A program made the position numbers and the translations under genes. The notes under the pieces were generated by a model that saw only the letters and a program-made list of their open reading frames with translations, had not been told where the DNA came from and searched no databases. From a virus: a stretch of 47,766 nt of DNA. Shown here one piece after another: positions 15,843 through 23,942 of the stretch (positions are counted from its first letter, which is position 1; each line of letters starts with the position of its first letter). The DNA lies in IMG/VR virus record IMGVR_UViG_3300009100_000005. The stretch is one strand, 5' to 3'.

Positions 15843-17459
15843 TTAACCTCTCATTGTTACCGTTGCCGGGATTATTCTCTGGTGAGCATAATCAATCTTG
15901 AATAGCTTGTTAATAAGCGGTCCTCTAGTATTCTTCGTCACTGTCAATGACATTGTATCAACAAAATCAGCCTTGCCGAGCTTGATACATTGTTGACTAC
16001 TAAATTCTATTTGACCACTACCCTGAAACATATGGCCAGTATCCTTGTCATATGCGGAGACAGGCATACGGTTAATACATATGATAATCTTACCATAGTC
16101 ATTAACCATAGTAGTAAGGTATTCCAGATGACCATCGATTCTAATTCTTTCGTCCTTCTCTTTGGACTTGATTTTTTGCAGATAGTCAATGATGAATACA
16201 TCATAGTATTTCTTTGCATAGAAGATTTCTTCTATGGTCAATAGCCCTGTAATGTTTACTTTTTGAAGTAGAATATCAGTTTTCTGTCTGACACTCTCTT
16301 CGACGATGTTGCAGTCTCGCTCAATCTCAGTCCAGCTATACTTAGAGTCATAAGATTGTATGCGGGCGAATATTTGTTCGTGGGGCAATTCGCCATTCAT
16401 ATACAATACTTTCGCTCCCTGGTTAGCAAAGTATCTCAATAGAGCCAATGATAAAGTTGTCTTACCAATACCAGATTTGCCAGTGATCGAATGCAATCCA
16501 ACGGTAAAGGCAAGTTCCTGGATTGGTGAATTAAAGTAGCGTAGATTCTCTGATTTAAAATACTTCTTTCGATAGTATGTGACACTAGACGATGAGTACC
16601 TAGCAAGCACGTCAGAGAACCAGACACAGAAGTATTCGGCGTCGCGCGACAGGTGGTAGTTGATGTCTTGTTTTTCATCTATCCCTTCTTTTTGATAAAT
16701 CTCTATGGGAATCGGAACCCCTTTGTATTTGCGAATCTTATCTACCGCTCCGATGTCTTTCTCATACGTTCCAGTGTAACCCTCAAAGTCAGTATGGAAA
16801 ACAACGAATACAGTCTTGCCACGTAGTAAATAAGCTTGGCGATCAGTAAGACTTGCACCAAAAGAGCAAACAACATTTTCATATGCGTATTGTCTAAGTG
16901 AAAGCCAGTCTGTTACGCTTTCAACTAAGATAATCTCCTCGAATTTCTTTATGTTTTCTTGACCTAATAAGCCTTTTTCTCCATTTGAGTTTTCATATCG
17001 GGGCTTATCCTTATCGTCCGTAAGTCGTCTTGCAACCCAACAGCCATCACCATATTCAAAAGTGAGATAACCATTCTTATCTACAAAACCACCCAACCTT
17101 GAAATCGTATCAATTCCAATACCCTTTTCTTCAATAAACCTTTCGAGAGCTATTAGGAGATGGTCGCTAACCGTAGCAACCCGCCTTTCTTTTGAGACTA
17201 AAGTAACTTTAGTCGTATCTACCGGAATTGGAATGCCCTCTCTGATAAAAGCCATAAACCTTTTTAGGCTTACAACTTTATTGCATCCGTGACAACCATA
17301 TACACCATTACCAGCGGTATCGAATTTGACGTAAGCACTAGGACTGCTATCATTATGGTCAGGTAATCTACATCGAATAGAGTAGAGTCTACTAGACTCT
17401 ACTCTATTCGCGTCGAAACCAAGATACTCAGCTACCTCCCTCTGCAAGCCTGTCAGCAT
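15843..17459 (-). CDS. bifunctional primase-helicase (T7 gp4-like)
   Basis: CHGCNKV zinc finger, TOPRIM-like ILVESVTDWLSL, Walker A ITGKSGIGKTT, Walker B DVFIIDYLQ. Confidence 0.9.
   Translation of the reverse strand: MLTGLQREVAEYLGFDANRVESSRLYSIRCRLPDHNDSSPSAYVKFDTAGNGVYGCHGCNKVVSLKRFMAFIREGIPIPVDTTKVTLVSKERRVATVSDHLLIALERFIEEKGIGIDTISRLGGFVDKNGYLTFEYGDGCWVARRLTDDKDKPRYENSNGEKGLLGQENIKKFEEIILVESVTDWLSLRQYAYENVVCSFGASLTDRQAYLLRGKTVFVVFHTDFEGYTGTYEKDIGAVDKIRKYKGVPIPIEIYQKEGIDEKQDINYHLSRDAEYFCVWFSDVLARYSSSSVTYYRKKYFKSENLRYFNSPIQELAFTVGLHSITGKSGIGKTTLSLALLRYFANQGAKVLYMNGELPHEQIFARIQSYDSKYSWTEIERDCNIVEESVRQKTDILLQKVNITGLLTIEEIFYAKKYYDVFIIDYLQKIKSKEKDERIRIDGHLEYLTTMVNDYGKIIICINRMPVSAYDKDTGHMFQGSGQIEFSSQQCIKLGKADFVDTMSLTVTKNTRGPLINKLFKIDYAHQRIIPATVTMRG
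17198..17212. repeat. junction palindrome CTAAAGTAACTTTAG
   Basis: Exact; inside the primase-helicase gene (aa 84-87, after the zinc finger). Confidence 0.95.
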
Positions 17460-17745
17460 CGGTTTCTTGTTCTAACTCTTTCTTGACCTCTTCCCAAGGA
17501 ACAGTCTTTAACTTCCAGCTTTCCGCAAGCACACGTAATTCCTTCATTATTCTCTCGACGAAAAGCTTATGAGATAGAGTTACTCTCTCTTCGGCTTCCC
17601 ACAGATCAAGGTTAGCTTCCAGAAGTTTTCTAGCTTCGTCTTTGCCAACCGAAATGCCAGATTCCAATGCTACCTTTATTTCTTTAGACCTTTCTCCGGC
17701 TTCTATCTTCTTCTCGATATCCTTCATTGATATCTCACCGCCCAT
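17428..17745 (-). CDS. hypothetical charged helical protein
   Basis: Track ORF trimmed to ATG 17745, 8 nt after motif 17754-17768 with a GGAGG SD. Confidence 0.6.
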   Translation of the reverse strand: MGGEISMKDIEKKIEAGERSKEIKVALESGISVGKDEARKLLEANLDLWEAEERVTLSHKLFVERIMKELRVLAESWKLKTVPWEEVKKELEQETDADRLAEGGS

Positions 17746-17753
17746 TATTCCTC

Positions 17754-17768
17754 CTAAAGTTACTTTAG
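17754..17768. repeat. junction palindrome CTAAAGTTACTTTAG
   Basis: Exact; fused GGAGG, 8 nt upstream of ATG 17745. Confidence 0.95.
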
Positions 17769-17914
17769 AAACTTCTCTGTATCTTTGAGAAGTTCCTGTT
17801 GGCGTTTGTCTTCTAACATTAACAGCTTGATACCTAGATACTTTCCTAGATACCAAGCTGCCACTATGCCGGAAGGCAAACACATAAGAACGATTGCCAC
17901 CAGCATTATTCTGA

Positions 17915-18718
17915 TCATTGCCTTAATTGAAGTTGGGTTGGCTGATTGCCTTCGATCATAGTCAAGGTTTGACCTCTGAAGTTCGCTACTCCATTGGCCT
18001 TAGCTTGCTCGATCTGTAGCCTTAATTCCAATAACTTTATCTGTAACAAGGCGGGATTAGCAAAGCTTTGTGCCTCTATCTGCTTTCTTTCAGCATCTAC
18101 CTTTGCTGTAGCTAGCGCAGCTTCGGCACCCTCTTTGCCTTTTTGATTAGCCACTACTTGTGACGCAGCATTCTCGATATTATCTGGTAGGTCTGGTCTA
18201 CCGATAATTTGAATTGATTCCAATTCCAGCCACATCTGAGATTTCAAAACAGGCTTAAGAGAATCGGTTATCTTTTTCTGAATGCTCTCTTGATTAGCAA
18301 GAATACCATAAGCATCAAACTCAGCTATAGCGTTCTTAGCTTCGGTATTGACTCTCGCGTGAAGTAGTGGTTCAAGTCTGCTCTTTCTTGCTTCTGAATC
18401 CAAACCAAACTTGGTAACAAAAGCAGAGATGTCAGCATCGCTCTGTGGAGGATCAGCCGTAAACTGAATCTTCATACTGACTTGAACATTATCTTTAGTA
18501 GACCCTTGAACGTCTTCTGTTAGTGTAAACGTCTTGGCGTCATACTCGTATTCGGTTTGAGCAGGATTCATCGTTGAGACAAATCCATTCTCTGGTTTAA
18601 CTATCTGGCTGATACCAGTAGAGTTAGTCAGAATTAGTCTTGTTCCTACATCAGCGCTCTTGCAACCACTAATTAGGGTTGTCAGAACTAAAAAAACTCC
18701 GACGATAATCTTTCCCAT
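17915..18718 (-). CDS. lipoprotein with SPFH/band-7 (prohibitin/HflC-like) domain
   Basis: Signal peptide plus lipobox LISGC; Ala/Gln/Glu-rich helical C-terminal region typical of the SPFH family; ATG 9 nt after motif 18728. Confidence 0.55.
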   Translation of the reverse strand: MGKIIVGVFLVLTTLISGCKSADVGTRLILTNSTGISQIVKPENGFVSTMNPAQTEYEYDAKTFTLTEDVQGSTKDNVQVSMKIQFTADPPQSDADISAFVTKFGLDSEARKSRLEPLLHARVNTEAKNAIAEFDAYGILANQESIQKKITDSLKPVLKSQMWLELESIQIIGRPDLPDNIENAASQVVANQKGKEGAEAALATAKVDAERKQIEAQSFANPALLQIKLLELRLQIEQAKANGVANFRGQTLTMIEGNQPTQLQLRQ

Positions 18719-19001
18719 CGTTTTCTCCTAAAGTTACTTTACTCACCAATTCGTTGATCAATCTGACAAATTCCTCAATAGAATTAGTCTTGCTTATCTC
18801 ATAGCAGATTCTAGCTCCAACATCTGAGCTTTCTGCTATATGCATCGCACCCACATAAAAGTCTATCGGCATACCTGCCGGTATTATCCTTTCGAGTTGG
18901 TAACGGTAATGCTTTGGTAGAGTATCATAATACTCTGTCCCTTGCATAACCCAATCTTCATCTATCGTAGCAGTTATGTAAGCAATAGGTTTTGTGTCCA
19001 T
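18669..19001 (-). CDS. hypothetical protein (paralogue-like to 7249-7662)
   Basis: 110-aa ORF; ATG 7 nt after motif 19009-19023 with GGAGG; C-terminus reads through motif 18728. Confidence 0.6.
   Translation of the reverse strand: MDTKPIAYITATIDEDWVMQGTEYYDTLPKHYRYQLERIIPAGMPIDFYVGAMHIAESSDVGARICYEISKTNSIEEFVRLINELVSKVTLGENDGKDYRRSFFSSDNPN
18728..18742. repeat. palindrome variant CTAAAGTTACTTTAC
   Basis: Core exact; fused AGGAG, 9 nt upstream of ATG 18718. Confidence 0.9.
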
Positions 19002-19008
19002 TTTCCTC

Positions 19009-19023
19009 CTAAAGTTACTTTAG
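19009..19023. repeat. junction palindrome CTAAAGTTACTTTAG
   Basis: Exact; holds the stop of 19020-19442; 7 nt upstream of ATG 19001. Confidence 0.95.
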
Positions 19024-19442
19024 ATATCCTTGCGGTACTTCTCAAGGTACTTTATGATAATATGGTAGGCATCAACCCACCGTTTAAGAGGCAAGTTGAT
19101 GCCCATTAGAGTCGGTCGAAAGTAAACTTTTGGATTCTCGTGTTCTCCATAAGTTACTTTTTCGTAAGCTCGAATGTCAATGTATTTCCGTCTTTCAATC
19201 CTATGAAACCATACCTTAACAATGATATGGATCATACCCTCAGACGTAAATAGAGGTATCGGTCTTGACGATTCGAGTTCTTCCATCAACTCTTTTCTGT
19301 TGGTGTTAACACCAATAACTTGTGTTTTATCAGCAAGTTGACAGAGAGAATCCCAATCATATAACCACTGCTTAACCAGCGGATTGCCAGCGTGAGTACG
19401 CCGCAAGTGCCGCCGTAAGGCTTCGCGGTCTAGCTGTTTCAA
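19020..19442 (-). CDS. PC4/p15-like ssDNA-binding protein
   Basis: RKYIDIRAYEK...FRPTLMGINLPLKRW matches the vDiReY...kGIsL...W pattern of the PC4 family (a homologue is known in phage T5); stop TAA lies in motif 19009. Confidence 0.5.
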   Translation of the reverse strand: MKQLDREALRRHLRRTHAGNPLVKQWLYDWDSLCQLADKTQVIGVNTNRKELMEELESSRPIPLFTSEGMIHIIVKVWFHRIERRKYIDIRAYEKVTYGEHENPKVYFRPTLMGINLPLKRWVDAYHIIIKYLEKYRKDI

Positions 19443-19734
19443 AGGTCTGATCCAAGCTGTGAAACATTCTTTCGTTTACGTACTCACCTCTTTCTATTTT
19501 AAGATCAATCTCTGCCATAGTCTTCTGTAAGCTAGCACCCTTACGCTTGCGGTAGCCCTTTGGGACATCTAGTTTATAGAAAACCTTTGAGTCGAATGTG
19601 TCATTTTCAAGATTAAGTTCATCGGTATGTTTAATACGACCATAATGATCCCAATTAGCACTATATGATTGATCTAGTTCATCCCAAGATAGGCTTTCGG
19701 GATCAATTTTACCGATGAGTTCATCCATTGACAT
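19372..19734 (-). CDS. hypothetical protein
   Basis: 120-aa ORF; overlaps the next gene by 71 nt. Confidence 0.55.
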   Translation of the reverse strand: MSMDELIGKIDPESLSWDELDQSYSANWDHYGRIKHTDELNLENDTFDSKVFYKLDVPKGYRKRKGASLQKTMAEIDLKIERGEYVNERMFHSLDQTFETARPRSLTAALAAYSRWQSAG

Positions 19735-19999
19735 TCTCCGTCTGAATTCGACCAGTAGTAACCGCGTCTAAAGTTACTTTAGTCTTGTCTTCGCCCTCGC
19801 GGCGATTGCGCTCGGCACATTTAGTACAGATCCTGGAAACGTCGTAATTCATCTTCTCCCAGGCTTCGACTATTGGGACAACGTAACCGAGAAAATTAAG
19901 TTCGTTAACGGTGTTGTTCTCTTCTCCCTTTTCCATTATTGCATTGATGGCGGCGAGAAAAGACTCATTCTCTTCTTCTGTTTGAATCACTAGAACCAC
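19721..19999 (-). CDS. hypothetical protein
   Basis: 92-aa ORF; GTG start preceded by a strong AAGGAGG; internal motif at 19768. Confidence 0.6.
   Translation of the reverse strand: MVLVIQTEEENESFLAAINAIMEKGEENNTVNELNFLGYVVPIVEAWEKMNYDVSRICTKCAERNRREGEDKTKVTLDAVTTGRIQTENVNG
19768..19782. repeat. junction palindrome CTAAAGTTACTTTAG
   Basis: Exact; inside 19721-19999. Confidence 0.95.
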
Positions 20000-20010
20000 T
20001 ATTATCCTCC

Positions 20011-20544
20011 TTAGATAACCAATCCTAAGTGTCTAGCTACTTCTTTCGTTAATTCTTCTGTATCATAAACTTTCTTGCCAAAAGGACTGCATACCGGGAT
20101 TCTCCACGGACTTTCCTTTTGTCTGTATCTATCTGGACCGCAGATAAAGTTGCCGTTTTTATCTTTGGTCCAATGTAATGCTTCGTGGACAATCGCCACT
20201 ATAGTAAAGTTTTCAGACCAATCTATCCTCGTATTGAACCACATCGTTGGTGTGCCATTCACATTAGGATAGACCCAAGCTTGAATTGATTTGTCTCTTT
20301 CAGCAAAGCCAAAAGTGAACTCTTCAATAGTGGGAATTGTGCTTGCTAAGATGCAATCTGTATGAAAGTCTCTCAGCATAACCAAGGTTAATTGTTTACG
20401 CTGTTCAAAACTTTGCATTACCGGATAAGATAATTTCATCGTCTGTCCTTTGACCATCTTAGTAATGATGACAGCCAGAGCGATGATAACTATCAAACTA
20501 GCAATGACCTCAAGAGCGGACATTCTGTGTTTGTAGGTTGACAT
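20011..20544 (-). CDS. membrane-anchored protein with HExxH zinc-metallopeptidase motif
   Basis: N-terminal TM helix (VIASLIVIIALAVIITKMV); IVAIVHEALHW; ATG 9 nt after motif 20554-20568. Confidence 0.55.
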   Translation of the reverse strand: MSTYKHRMSALEVIASLIVIIALAVIITKMVKGQTMKLSYPVMQSFEQRKQLTLVMLRDFHTDCILASTIPTIEEFTFGFAERDKSIQAWVYPNVNGTPTMWFNTRIDWSENFTIVAIVHEALHWTKDKNGNFICGPDRYRQKESPWRIPVCSPFGKKVYDTEELTKEVARHLGLVI

Positions 20545-20553
20545 ATTTCTCTC

Positions 20554-20568
20554 CTAAAGTTACTTTAG
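20554..20568. repeat. junction palindrome CTAAAGTTACTTTAG
   Basis: Exact; fused AGGAG, 9 nt upstream of ATG 20544. Confidence 0.95.
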
Positions 20569-20670
20569 TTTATCGCCATAGAGTATGAAGAAGACTGCTG
20601 CTCCTAACAATACTCCAAGTAGGAGTCCAAAGAACAATAATGTTGCTATGGACTTCGATCTATCTCTCAT
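20560..20670 (-). CDS. tiny single-pass membrane protein (36 aa, below track cutoff)
   Basis: My translation is MRDRSKSIATLLFFGLLLGVLLGAAVFFILYGDKLK; ATG lies 1 nt after the upstream TGA; stop TAA is the loop of motif 20554. Confidence 0.4.
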   Translation of the reverse strand: MRDRSKSIATLLFFGLLLGVLLGAAVFFILYGDKLK

Positions 20671-20671
20671 A

Positions 20672-20770
20672 TCAACAGTATGCGACGACTATCGTAGCCA
20701 CCGCAATGGCAAATGCTCCCAACAGCCAAAGCAGTGGAGTTGGTTGTTTCTTGTTATTGTTTTCACTCAT
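20672..20770 (-). CDS. tiny single-pass membrane protein (32 aa)
   Basis: Internal ATG of track ORF 20672-20857 (MSENNNKKQPTPLLWLLGAFAIAVATIVVAYC) with an AGGGAG SD; begins 5 nt after the stop of 20776-20994. Confidence 0.4.
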   Translation of the reverse strand: MSENNNKKQPTPLLWLLGAFAIAVATIVVAYC

Positions 20771-20775
20771 AAGCT

Positions 20776-20994
20776 TTATCTCCCTTGATTGTCGAGGATC
20801 TTTTCCTCGATCCATTTTGGTGTATGACCAAGATGCCAATGTCCACAGAATTGGCAAATATATGGTCGCATCAACCCTTGCTCTGCTTTTCTCTTTCTTG
20901 CTTTAATTTGTGCCGATAATTCAGAAGAATATCTCGTTTTGCCTTCGCATTGCTTCTTCTTAAGAACTCGGCGTAACCTCCTTTTGCTTGCCAT
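20776..20994 (-). CDS. small basic zinc-binding protein
   Basis: 72 aa, Arg/Lys-rich, with CEGK...CQFCGHWH; GGAGG SD. Confidence 0.55.
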   Translation of the reverse strand: MASKRRLRRVLKKKQCEGKTRYSSELSAQIKARKRKAEQGLMRPYICQFCGHWHLGHTPKWIEEKILDNQGR

Positions 20995-21481
20995 CGTGAT
21001 CCTCCAATTCTGAGATTGTCACGTTTTTAAGATAAGCCGGTTTTACCTCATCTGCATCTACCCATTCGTCGTCTGATTCATTATATGGTTCAAGCCTCCT
21101 TTCTTGTACTGATTCTCTCTTAGGTCTAACATCATCAGATTCGTATGTAAGAGCATAACTAAGAGCGCGCCATCTATTCTCATCATTTATGATATCATAA
21201 TCAATCTTATCGCCAGTTCTCGTTTGAACTTCAACCAATGAAAGATATTCTGCAAACATACGTTCGCTATTAAAGTGGTGTATTAGATCGTAATGCTCAA
21301 ATGCCAATATTCTCTTGTTAATGCTCTGCCAGATTTCCTCTAAAGTTACTTTAGAAAGTTTTTCAAGTGCCCTTCTCATCTGATTGGTTACACTTGGTAT
21401 TTCAACCCGCCCTGCACACTTGGTACAGAGCGGGTTGTTATTCTCCCAACTATATTTCAAGCACAGAATGCATTTAAGCAT
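20960..21481 (-). CDS. hypothetical protein (N-terminal Cys4 zinc ribbon)
   Basis: CILC...CTKC; internal motif at 21340. Confidence 0.6.
   Translation of the reverse strand: MLKCILCLKYSWENNNPLCTKCAGRVEIPSVTNQMRRALEKLSKVTLEEIWQSINKRILAFEHYDLIHHFNSERMFAEYLSLVEVQTRTGDKIDYDIINDENRWRALSYALTYESDDVRPKRESVQERRLEPYNESDDEWVDADEVKPAYLKNVTISELEDHDGKQKEVTPSS
21340..21354. repeat. junction palindrome CTAAAGTTACTTTAG
   Basis: Exact; inside 20960-21481. Confidence 0.95.
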
Positions 21482-22262
21482 TCACTGTCTCAGCCACCTC
21501 CTTTGATTGATCTGTTGGTGTCTCTTCAAATTGTGCGATGTGTTCTTTGATTTCTTCGAGAACCTTCTCGCCTTCGACAACTGGATCAAACGACTCGACA
21601 ATCTCTTCAACCTTTAGCTTATCAACCTGTGGTTCTGGATCAGGATCACCCTGGCATATGCTGTCGTGTGGTTCGATAACCATCGGCACTGGCGTTGACT
21701 TAGCCAACCAACCACGTTGATAGGCAATACGGCGAGCTAAAGTTACTCTAGCGCCTTCTTCGTCGTTGTTGGTTTCTGGATACTGTTCCTTGGCCTCTTG
21801 CAAAGTTAGTTGCCGACAACCGCCGGTAATAATAGCTTGGCCATTTTCGTATGATAGCACGACTTTATAGCCCCTAGCTGTCATACCAAGGTCAACTATA
21901 TTTGCACCTTTGAGTGTGCAGGAATCCATTGAAATTTGACCGGCGTGAGTCTGCTCCCACTTAGTGTAGTCCAAGTTGCATTGTCGCATAACCGTACGAT
22001 ACGTTGGACAATGATTAAAAGTTGCATCCTCGAAATGGCAGGTATCGAAGATCGTTTTTTGAAGTCTAGCTTTGTTAAAGTTAGCCCTCGTAAAGACGCA
22101 GTTAGAAAACGTAATGCCTTCCAAATCGAAAAGGGTGAAGTCTACGTCTGTGAAATCAGTGATACCGTAGGCTAATGCTTCTTTCATCAAAGCGTTTCTG
22201 CTAATGGCATTTTTGTTCTCGAAAATCGTTTTAGGATTCTCGCCAAGGGTGTTGATTTTCAT
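21474..22262 (-). CDS. pentapeptide-repeat protein
   Basis: About 100 aa of tandem A(D/N)LxX-like pentads: FSNCVFTRANFNKARLQKTIFDTCHFEDATFNHC...CNLDYTKWEQTHAGQISMDSCTLKGANIVDL. Confidence 0.75.
   Translation of the reverse strand: MKINTLGENPKTIFENKNAISRNALMKEALAYGITDFTDVDFTLFDLEGITFSNCVFTRANFNKARLQKTIFDTCHFEDATFNHCPTYRTVMRQCNLDYTKWEQTHAGQISMDSCTLKGANIVDLGMTARGYKVVLSYENGQAIITGGCRQLTLQEAKEQYPETNNDEEGARVTLARRIAYQRGWLAKSTPVPMVIEPHDSICQGDPDPEPQVDKLKVEEIVESFDPVVEGEKVLEEIKEHIAQFEETPTDQSKEVAETVNA
21737..21751. repeat. degenerate copy CTAAAGTTACTCTAG
   Basis: One mismatch; inside the pentapeptide-repeat gene (RVTL). Confidence 0.6.
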
Positions 22263-22280
22263 CTGTTTTCCTTTCAGTGG

Positions 22281-22568
22281 TTAATCAGTTAATTCGTAAT
22301 GCTCGGCAGCGTACCTAGCACAGTTTGAGCAAACTCGAAGAGCTACTAATTCTTCGATACTGTCTCCGACTCTTGGAATGCATATCAAATGTGTCCAAAC
22401 CATATGGACCATTCCGCACCAAGAAACATCGTCATTGTGTAACGACGGGATGTGAATTTTGACCCAAGCTGTTCTTGTTGGCAGAGGCTTGGCTTTTATA
22501 CCAGTCCTACGTGTTGATTTGCGTCTTTTGGCGATGCCCTTCACTGGCTTTGCCTTTTGTCGTGACAT
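22281..22568 (-). CDS. hypothetical protein with highly basic N-terminus
   Basis: 95 aa; ATG 9 nt after motif 22578-22592 with a fused AGGAG. Confidence 0.6.
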   Translation of the reverse strand: MSRQKAKPVKGIAKRRKSTRRTGIKAKPLPTRTAWVKIHIPSLHNDDVSWCGMVHMVWTHLICIPRVGDSIEELVALRVCSNCARYAAEHYELTD

Positions 22569-22577
22569 AACTTTCTC

Positions 22578-22592
22578 CTAAAGTTACTTTAG
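22578..22592. repeat. junction palindrome CTAAAGTTACTTTAG
   Basis: Exact; its loop is the stop of 22584-22823; 9 nt upstream of ATG 22568. Confidence 0.95.
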
Positions 22593-22823
22593 TTCGTTCT
22601 TGTATACCGAATAAGCCGCATTGCCTTTGACAGATACTCTGTATATAGCAAATCTGCTATTCGATTTCATACTCACATACTTCGCTCGAAGTAGTGTGGA
22701 AAGGGCAGAACCCAAGTTAGCAGGTTTTGCCTTAGTTCGCAATTGCAAATCCGAGAAACTTAACTCATATTCATTCGTCAACTCTCTCAGAATTAAAGCT
22801 TTAAGACTATGTTTCAGAAGCAT
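22584..22823 (-). CDS. winged-helix DNA-binding protein, PadR/MarR-like (paralogue 3 of 3)
   Basis: SLKALILRELT...LSFSDLQ...LSTLLRAKYVSM...FAIYRVSVKGNAAY follows the PadR-like wHTH pattern; stop lies in the loop of motif 22578. Confidence 0.6.
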   Translation of the reverse strand: MLLKHSLKALILRELTNEYELSFSDLQLRTKAKPANLGSALSTLLRAKYVSMKSNSRFAIYRVSVKGNAAYSVYKNELK

Positions 22824-22835
22824 CTCTCGATCCTC

Positions 22836-23087
22836 CTAGAGTCCCATCTCTCTCAGATACGCCTGAAAAGCTTCATTGCCTCTTGGCGTTACCATATAGG
22901 CTGTTTGGTGACAACCTTTTACTTTCGAGATGAACTTCACTTCTATCAGTCTATCAATCGCTATCTGAAATAACCCTGGTTCGTGTCGTGCTAACTCATT
23001 CTGCATCTGATCAGAATATAGAGCGCCGTGACGAACCAAGTCTCTCAAGATATACGCTCGAAGGCTATGTTTGAGGGTTTCAGCCAT
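22836..23087 (-). CDS. winged-helix DNA-binding protein, PadR/MarR-like (paralogue 2 of 3)
   Basis: SLRAYILRDL...IDRLIEVKFISK...TAYMVTPRGNEAF; ATG 6 nt after motif 23094. Confidence 0.6.
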   Translation of the reverse strand: MAETLKHSLRAYILRDLVRHGALYSDQMQNELARHEPGLFQIAIDRLIEVKFISKVKGCHQTAYMVTPRGNEAFQAYLREMGL

Positions 23088-23093
23088 ATACTC

Positions 23094-23108
23094 CTAAAGT
23101 TACTTTAG
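23094..23108. repeat. junction palindrome CTAAAGTTACTTTAG
   Basis: Exact; holds the stop of 23105-23350; 6 nt upstream of ATG 23087. Confidence 0.95.
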
Positions 23109-23350
23109 TCCATCAATTGTCTGACGTACCATTCAAAGACAGCTTTGCCTTTGATAGTTATTCGATAGATTGTGAGTCTATCTACGTTTGGAACTTTGGT
23201 TATGTAACCATCGAAAAGCAATGAAAGTAGAGATTGGTAGATATTACCTTCTGTTACGTTGAGCAATCCTACCAACTCCATAAACGTAAGGTCATTGCCA
23301 TCTTTCAATGCTTTCAGAATAAAAACTTTAAGACTGTGGTTGCGAAGCAT
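23105..23350 (-). CDS. winged-helix DNA-binding protein, PadR/MarR-like (paralogue 1 of 3)
   Basis: SLKVFILKAL...GNIYQSLLSLLFDGYITK...LTIYRITIKGKAVF; stop lies in motif 23094. Confidence 0.6.
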   Translation of the reverse strand: MLRNHSLKVFILKALKDGNDLTFMELVGLLNVTEGNIYQSLLSLLFDGYITKVPNVDRLTIYRITIKGKAVFEWYVRQLMD

Positions 23351-23364
23351 CTTTGCCTCCGAAT

Positions 23365-23625
23365 TTACTTTATGGTTAATCTTACCCTAATCCCTGGTGG
23401 ATTAGCGTCGAACTGTCTGAGTGATGGTTCCTGATAGTCGTGGAAATCCCAAATGTAATGATACTCTTTAGCATCAAAATCAGCTTTGGCTACTGACCAC
23501 TTCCTAGCAAGGTGGTTTGTTAGTTTGTCAATATAGTCTATATGAGTATGATCAGTAGCTTGATCATAGTGTATGATCAACCTAACAGAGATATGCATTA
23601 ACTCGTTGATCGGTGAGGGATGCAT
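23365..23625 (-). CDS. hypothetical protein
   Basis: 86-aa ORF in the operon orientation; weak SD. Confidence 0.5.
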   Translation of the reverse strand: MHPSPINELMHISVRLIIHYDQATDHTHIDYIDKLTNHLARKWSVAKADFDAKEYHYIWDFHDYQEPSLRQFDANPPGIRVRLTIK

Positions 23626-23701
23626 ACGCGGGAAATCCTTTCGTGATGAACCCTCTGGTTCGTACTATCCTGTGTTTGCTCCTAAGACCATATTATTAGC
23701 T

Positions 23702-23929
23702 TCAGAGTTTTGGTTTACTCCGAGCAGAACGTTTTTGGGGTTTATCCTGTTCGGCGTCAGTAATATCGGTGTCCTCTCTTACCTCTCTAACAAAGTAGAA
23801 ATAGTATAGATGAACATCTCGATCAAAAACTATACTTGTTAAGAGCCAACCCTCAAATCCAAGTTCATTACATAGTCTCTCAGATATGATAGTGGGAGAG
23901 CCTAACACTTTGTACTCTATGATCATCAT
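23702..23929 (-). CDS. hypothetical protein
   Basis: 75-aa ORF; ATG overlaps the end of motif 23928-23942. Confidence 0.55.
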   Translation of the reverse strand: MMIIEYKVLGSPTIISERLCNELGFEGWLLTSIVFDRDVHLYYFYFVREVREDTDITDAEQDKPQKRSARSKPKL

Positions 23930-23942
23930 AAAGTAACTTTAG
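23928..23942. repeat. palindrome variant ATAAAGTAACTTTAG
   Basis: Core exact; overlaps ATG 23929 and the stop of 23939-24322. Confidence 0.9.
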
